This document shows, piece after piece, positions 60,108 to 64,000 of a stretch of 64,000 nucleotides of DNA (position 1 is its first letter; each line of letters begins with the position of its first letter). The position numbers and the translations under genes were made by a program. Location of the stretch: positions 10,790 to 74,789 of the forward strand of contig JAFUPC010000024.1 in assembly GCA_017481495.1 (NCBI GenBank), read 5' to 3'. Source of the DNA: Clostridia bacterium (lineage in GTDB: Bacteria > Bacillota > Clostridia > Oscillospirales > CAG-272). The notes beneath the pieces are model-generated. The model searched no databases. It had not been told where the DNA came from and worked only from the letters and a program-made list of their open reading frames with translations.

Positions 60108-63100
60108 ATGTTTTGTTACGAACAGAATGACGAGACCCTCGTGATGCTGACGATGGCAGGCGAGCAGGCGGCGTATGAGGTTCTTGTGACCCGGTGGCAG
60201 AAAGCGGTGCTGGCGGCGGCGATGTCCGTTCTGCACAGTCACCACATGGCGGAAGATGCGGCGCAGGATGCGTTCATCACCGCGTGGATGAAGCTGGACT
60301 GCTTAAAAGAACCGGAAAAATTCGGCGCATGGGTCTGCCGCATCGCCCGCAACTGCGCAAAGAACACGATTCTGCGGTACCGAAGCTGGCTTCCCGCCGA
60401 AGCCGCGGATTCCGCAGATGCGTATCTTTCGTCCGGCAACCCCGACTTTGACCCGGAGGAACGGTTCCTCATCGCCGAGGAAAACGCGATTCTGCGGCAC
60501 TCGGTCGGCCGTCTGCCGGGACGGGTGGGCGACATCATCCGGATGCACTATTTTGAAGATCTTTCCGTTGGGGAAATTGCCCGCCGTCTCGGCATTGCCG
60601 AGGGCACGGTGAAATGGCAGCTTTCCGACGGCAGAAAACGGATACGAAAGGAATTGTGTGCAATGAACGAACAGTATAACGACAATCTGACACAGCGTGT
60701 CATGAAAAAAGTGGAAGAACTGAAAAACTGGCAGTATGACAATGCCAAGACCGGATTTGAGGAAGTTTACCGCGACGTACTCGCCGCCGTGGAGGGACTG
60801 CCCGAGTCCGACGAAGCAAAGGAAACCGGAAAATACCACGCAATGGCGGACGTTCTGATGCGCGGCCGCTGGTGGATCGCCGGGGACGATGAGCTGCGCG
60901 GGGACGAAATGCTTGCCCGCATCCGCGAAGCGGCGGAACGCGGACACAACGACGACGTCATGGCGTACCTCTGCACGGAAGAAACGCGCAAGCTCTGGGG
61001 CGATGCGCGTGTCGACTACATCCGCGAAACGCTCATTCCGCGCCTGGAAGCGGGCAATTACCCGAAAGCCCTGACTCATGCGTGGTATCAGCTCGGCGAG
61101 ACCCTGCTGATGAACGAAGACGGCAAAATCGGCGGAGAACTGCTCGCCCACGCAAACGAAGCGCTGGAAAAAGCGGTCGCCGTTTCCGGGGATTCCGGCA
61201 AAAATCTCTACACCGCCGCCGCGGAAGCGGCACTCGCACGGAACGCGGCGATCCTTTGTGACTGCACGGACAGAAAACAGCGTTCGTTCCGTCTGACTGC
61301 TGGTGCTGAGGAATACCGTGTCCTTGACACGGACGGCGCATTCCGCCGCTTTGACAACAACTGGTGGCAATGCGGACGACTCTGCTCGGCAGACCTGGAC
61401 GCGGATTTCGTTCTGCGCAACGCCTCCACCTGTGACGGGTATTTTACCTATCCCGGTCTTGGTGTCGGGGAGACCCACATCGGCTCCGACGGCACGCGCC
61501 TGACTTATGCGGACGATGATGCGACCGTCACAACGCCCGCCGGGACATTTGAGGGATGCCGGGTATGGGAGATCGTGCGCACGGACGATGCGGCGGGACT
61601 TTACCGCACCTGGTATAAGGAAAACGTCGGTATCGTCCGGCAGGAGCATCACTACGACGGTGTTACGGAGACCCGCGTGCTGTCTTCTTATGCGGTCACC
61701 GGACGGGGACTCGTTCCGCTTGTCCGCGGCAACACCTGGGAATACCGTGCGGAGCCAGAAAATCCCCACGTCAGAAAAGGCGGCCGCTATACCGTTTCTG
61801 CGGCGGAAAACGGCACTGCGCTCGTCTCCCTCACCGCGACCCTCATCCGGGACGGTTACGACGAGAACAGCTGGCTTGACATGATCGAATGCATCCGCGG
61901 CGAATACTTTGACGGGGAACACGTCTGCGACGTCACCCACGCAATCGAGCGCGCCAACGCCCTTGCCGTGACCCCGATTGAAAAGGCGCACACTGCCGCC
62001 GCGGCTTCCGTTGCAAAGCGTATCATGGAAACCGATTCCACATTCAATCCCGACTACCGCGCAACGGGACACTGGAACTTCTTTGCCCGCAGCAACATCC
62101 ACGCATCGGACGGCGGCGCCCGCCGCACGATGTCCCACCACTTCCGCTGGTCGTTTGAACTCAAAAATTACGTCGGCGGCGAGACCGAACCGCTTCTTTC
62201 CAACGACATTCTCGACATTCTCGGTGATGCACTGGGATGTGTCTCCGACGAAGCGTGGAAGCCCGGGTATCGGGACACCGTTCATCGGATGCCGCGGTAC
62301 CAAACGCCTCTCTGCACCGAAGTCGTCTGCGAGGATGCGGGCGAGGTGACGGTGAAGGCGGGAACGTTTGCCGGCTGTATGCGCATGAAGCTGAACGTCT
62401 CGGGTTATCCCGACAGCCTTGCCTATCGCGGCGGGAACCGGGAATACCTCTTCGCCCCCGGCATCGGTATCATCCGCGCTGAAAACGAAGCCTGCGGCGG
62501 CGCACGCAAGGTGGTCTACGAGCTGTCCGCCTACGAGGGCACGGGCGAGGGCTGGAACCCGCTCGATCCCGGCATGATGCGCACCTACGAAGCGCTTGAC
62601 TTAACGGACGGCTACATTGCCGGCACGGTCTACACCTTTGCCGCAGACGCCGACGGCAACACGGTCATCTTCTCCGACCGGACGGGCATCAAAGAAAAGC
62701 TGCAGCGCATCACGGACTACGCGGTCATCGACGGGGAGACCGTTGAAGAACGTCTCTGGAACGAGGGCAAGCACGATGAATCCCGTCTGCGCCACGCCGT
62801 CAACAACTTCCGTCTGTTTGCGCATTTCCACGGCAGACCGTCCCGCTACTGGGCGGCTCCCGACAAGGCGATCGCCTGGAACCGCTACCGGATGCAGATG
62901 CTGGAAAATCTGAATGAAGACGGCAGTGTTCCGGATGCGTGGAAAGGCCACTACGCCGCAACCGCGTTCCGTCTCGCCTGCGCTCTGTTCGGCTGTGGAA
63001 AGAACGACGAGGGCTGGGAAGCACTTGATCGCGCCTTCCCCGCAATGGAAGCATGGCTTTCGATTCCCGCCGGATGTGACATGGACACCGGCAACCCCCT

Positions 63101-63323
63101 CATCTGGGGCGGCATCAAGGTACGCAAGGGCAAGGATCTGCTCGTCCTCCCCGACGGCACGGTCGAACCGCTCTACTATGAATACCTCTTCTCCGAAAAC
63201 CAAAACCTCATGCACTACGGTCTGACCGCCGCCCACGGCTGGGAATGGTTTGACGGCGTTAGAAATGAAGAACGGTACAAGGATGCCATTGAGCGCGCAA
63301 AGAAGCTGACAAAGATCAGATAA
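60108..63323 (+). CDS. ECF-type sigma-70 family factor fused to a ~880-aa soluble C-terminal domain
   Basis: Region 2 (AEDAAQDAFITAWMKL...FGAWVCRIARNCAKN) and region 4 (MHYFEDLSVGEIARRLGIAEGTVKWQLSDGRKRIRKEL) fall within the first ~190 aa. The remainder has no TM segment and no motif I recognise. Confidence 0.8.
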   Translation: MFCYEQNDETLVMLTMAGEQAAYEVLVTRWQKAVLAAAMSVLHSHHMAEDAAQDAFITAWMKLDCLKEPEKFGAWVCRIARNCAKNTILRYRSWLPAEAADSADAYLSSGNPDFDPEERFLIAEENAILRHSVGRLPGRVGDIIRMHYFEDLSVGEIARRLGIAEGTVKWQLSDGRKRIRKELCAMNEQYNDNLTQRVMKKVEELKNWQYDNAKTGFEEVYRDVLAAVEGLPESDEAKETGKYHAMADVLMRGRWWIAGDDELRGDEMLARIREAAERGHNDDVMAYLCTEETRKLWGDARVDYIRETLIPRLEAGNYPKALTHAWYQLGETLLMNEDGKIGGELLAHANEALEKAVAVSGDSGKNLYTAAAEAALARNAAILCDCTDRKQRSFRLTAGAEEYRVLDTDGAFRRFDNNWWQCGRLCSADLDADFVLRNASTCDGYFTYPGLGVGETHIGSDGTRLTYADDDATVTTPAGTFEGCRVWEIVRTDDAAGLYRTWYKENVGIVRQEHHYDGVTETRVLSSYAVTGRGLVPLVRGNTWEYRAEPENPHVRKGGRYTVSAAENGTALVSLTATLIRDGYDENSWLDMIECIRGEYFDGEHVCDVTHAIERANALAVTPIEKAHTAAAASVAKRIMETDSTFNPDYRATGHWNFFARSNIHASDGGARRTMSHHFRWSFELKNYVGGETEPLLSNDILDILGDALGCVSDEAWKPGYRDTVHRMPRYQTPLCTEVVCEDAGEVTVKAGTFAGCMRMKLNVSGYPDSLAYRGGNREYLFAPGIGIIRAENEACGGARKVVYELSAYEGTGEGWNPLDPGMMRTYEALDLTDGYIAGTVYTFAADADGNTVIFSDRTGIKEKLQRITDYAVIDGETVEERLWNEGKHDESRLRHAVNNFRLFAHFHGRPSRYWAAPDKAIAWNRYRMQMLENLNEDGSVPDAWKGHYAATAFRLACALFGCGKNDEGWEALDRAFPAMEAWLSIPAGCDMDTGNPLIWGGIKVRKGKDLLVLPDGTVEPLYYEYLFSENQNLMHYGLTAAHGWEWFDGVRNEERYKDAIERAKKLTKIR

Positions 63324-63337
63324 CGGTTTGATTTTTT

Positions 63338-63373
63338 CACAACCCGCAGGAATGCGGGTTGTGTTGTTTTTTT
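63338..63373 (+). terminator. Rho-independent terminator after sigma-fusion gene
   Basis: CACAACCCGC-AGGAAT-GCGGGTTGTG followed by TTGTTTTTTT. Confidence 0.85.
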
Positions 63374-63380
63374 GGGGGGG

Positions 63381-63505
63381 ATTCTGACAACTTATGGTCG
63401 ACAATAAATGGTCTTGATAGAAAGACGGGCATACAGGCGTACCTGTCGCCGTTTCGTTATTTTCCCTTGCCAAAACAACACCGTCGCCCTTAAATTGACA
63501 ACATT
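63381..63505. repeat. Degenerate member of the GCTGTCAACTTA-type inverted-repeat family
   Basis: CTGACAACTTATGG at 63384 and CTTAAATTGACAACATTACCCC at 63488 (compare CTTAAGTTGACAGCACTACCCTC at 58990). Inner hairpin ACAGG-CGTA-CCTGT. Confidence 0.4.
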
Positions 63506-63670
63506 ACCCCGCAAACCTCTCCCCTCCCCCTCAAATTCTTCATTTTCCCCGAAATTTCCAAAAAATATTCACAGAAAAGACTATACAAATCGACGAAAAT
63601 ATGGTATAATACAGTATGGAGTATTTTACTCACCCAATTATGAACAAAATATGTATCCGAAAGACGAATC

Positions 63671-64000
63671 ATGAGAGATAACAACAATAAAAACTACAAC
63701 AAATCCCGTCACCCCGCGAAAAAGGATAGTTACGGCAGCCGCGATTTCAAAGAACGCAGAAGTACGGACAGCGCGGAGAGCATTGGGGCAGACAGTACAA
63801 ATTTTGACCCTGCGGCGGATGAATCCAACGGTGCCGTTGTCGGGCGCAATGCGGTCAGAGAACTGCTGAAATCCGGGCGGCCGATCGACAAGATCTTTGT
63901 GCGCCGGGGTGACCGCGAGGGTTCCATCACGGTGCTGGTCGCGCAGGCGATCGAACGGAAGATCCCCGTTCTTGAGGTCGAACGGCAGAAGCTGGATGCT
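63671..64000 (+). CDS. rlmB: 23S rRNA (guanosine-2'-O)-methyltransferase RlmB/TrmH family, 5' partial (runs off the window)
   Basis: After a basic low-complexity N-terminus, VVGRNAVRELLKSGRPIDKIFVRRGDREGSITVLVAQAIERKIPVLEV matches the RlmB substrate-binding N-domain. Open to the window end. Confidence 0.75.
   Translation, partial: MRDNNNKNYNKSRHPAKKDSYGSRDFKERRSTDSAESIGADSTNFDPAADESNGAVVGRNAVRELLKSGRPIDKIFVRRGDREGSITVLVAQAIERKIPVLEVERQKLDA

Overview
High-GC (roughly 58-60% by eye) chromosomal segment with Firmicutes/Clostridia-type gene order and signals: AGGAGG-type ribosome-binding sites, TTGACA-17-TGnTATAAT promoters and the ylxQ-infB arrangement. It is probably a gut anaerobe of the Oscillospiraceae/Ruminococcaceae type, but that taxon is inference only. 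I call 44 protein/tRNA genes. The left third (1-24 kb, almost all + strand) is mostly housekeeping: ylxQ-infB, ygiQ, the translationally coupled prfA-tsaC-coaE-slt set, an M18 aminopeptidase, a Cu/Zn SOD, RNase J, an MBOAT/DHHW/lipoprotein surface O-acylation triad, and TetR plus an acyl-CoA synthetase. The middle (24-47 kb) is accessory. It holds a glycan-degradation neighbourhood of signal-peptide-less enzymes: two beta-helix hydrolase-like proteins, a PL8-like lyase, a sialate-O-acetylesterase-like protein and a GH29 fucosidase (a DUF4838 protein of the same kind lies at 13 kb). It also has one orphan lipoprotein solute-binding protein, an AraC regulator and two paralogous XRE-helical-repeat regulators. 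A lower-GC four-gene cluster follows: regulator, small Ser/Thr-rich secreted protein, DUF5050-like lipoprotein and a tandem-fused ABC-2-like permease with no ATPase. The right third contains tRNA-Thr/tRNA-Tyr, a ppiB-ankyrin-TIM-barrel operon, a BlaI/BlaR1-type pair whose sensor carries a roughly 930-aa non-PBP ectodomain with Asp-box motifs, glyQS (no T-box), sulP, a methyltransferase, an ECF-like sigma factor fused to a roughly 880-aa C-terminal domain, and the start of rlmB. I saw no transposase, integrase, CRISPR array, rRNA or recognisable defence gene. The most striking non-coding signal is a dispersed family of nested-palindrome mosaic elements bounded by TGTAGGGG ... CCCCTACA that fills most long intergenic regions, often between a stop codon and the real terminator. 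A second is an ~900-bp non-coding region upstream of rnj that contains a ~300-nt stretch free of stop codons in all three forward frames. Many very long antisense ORFs in the track are codon-bias shadows and are rejected. All family assignments come from motif recognition by eye; no searches were run.
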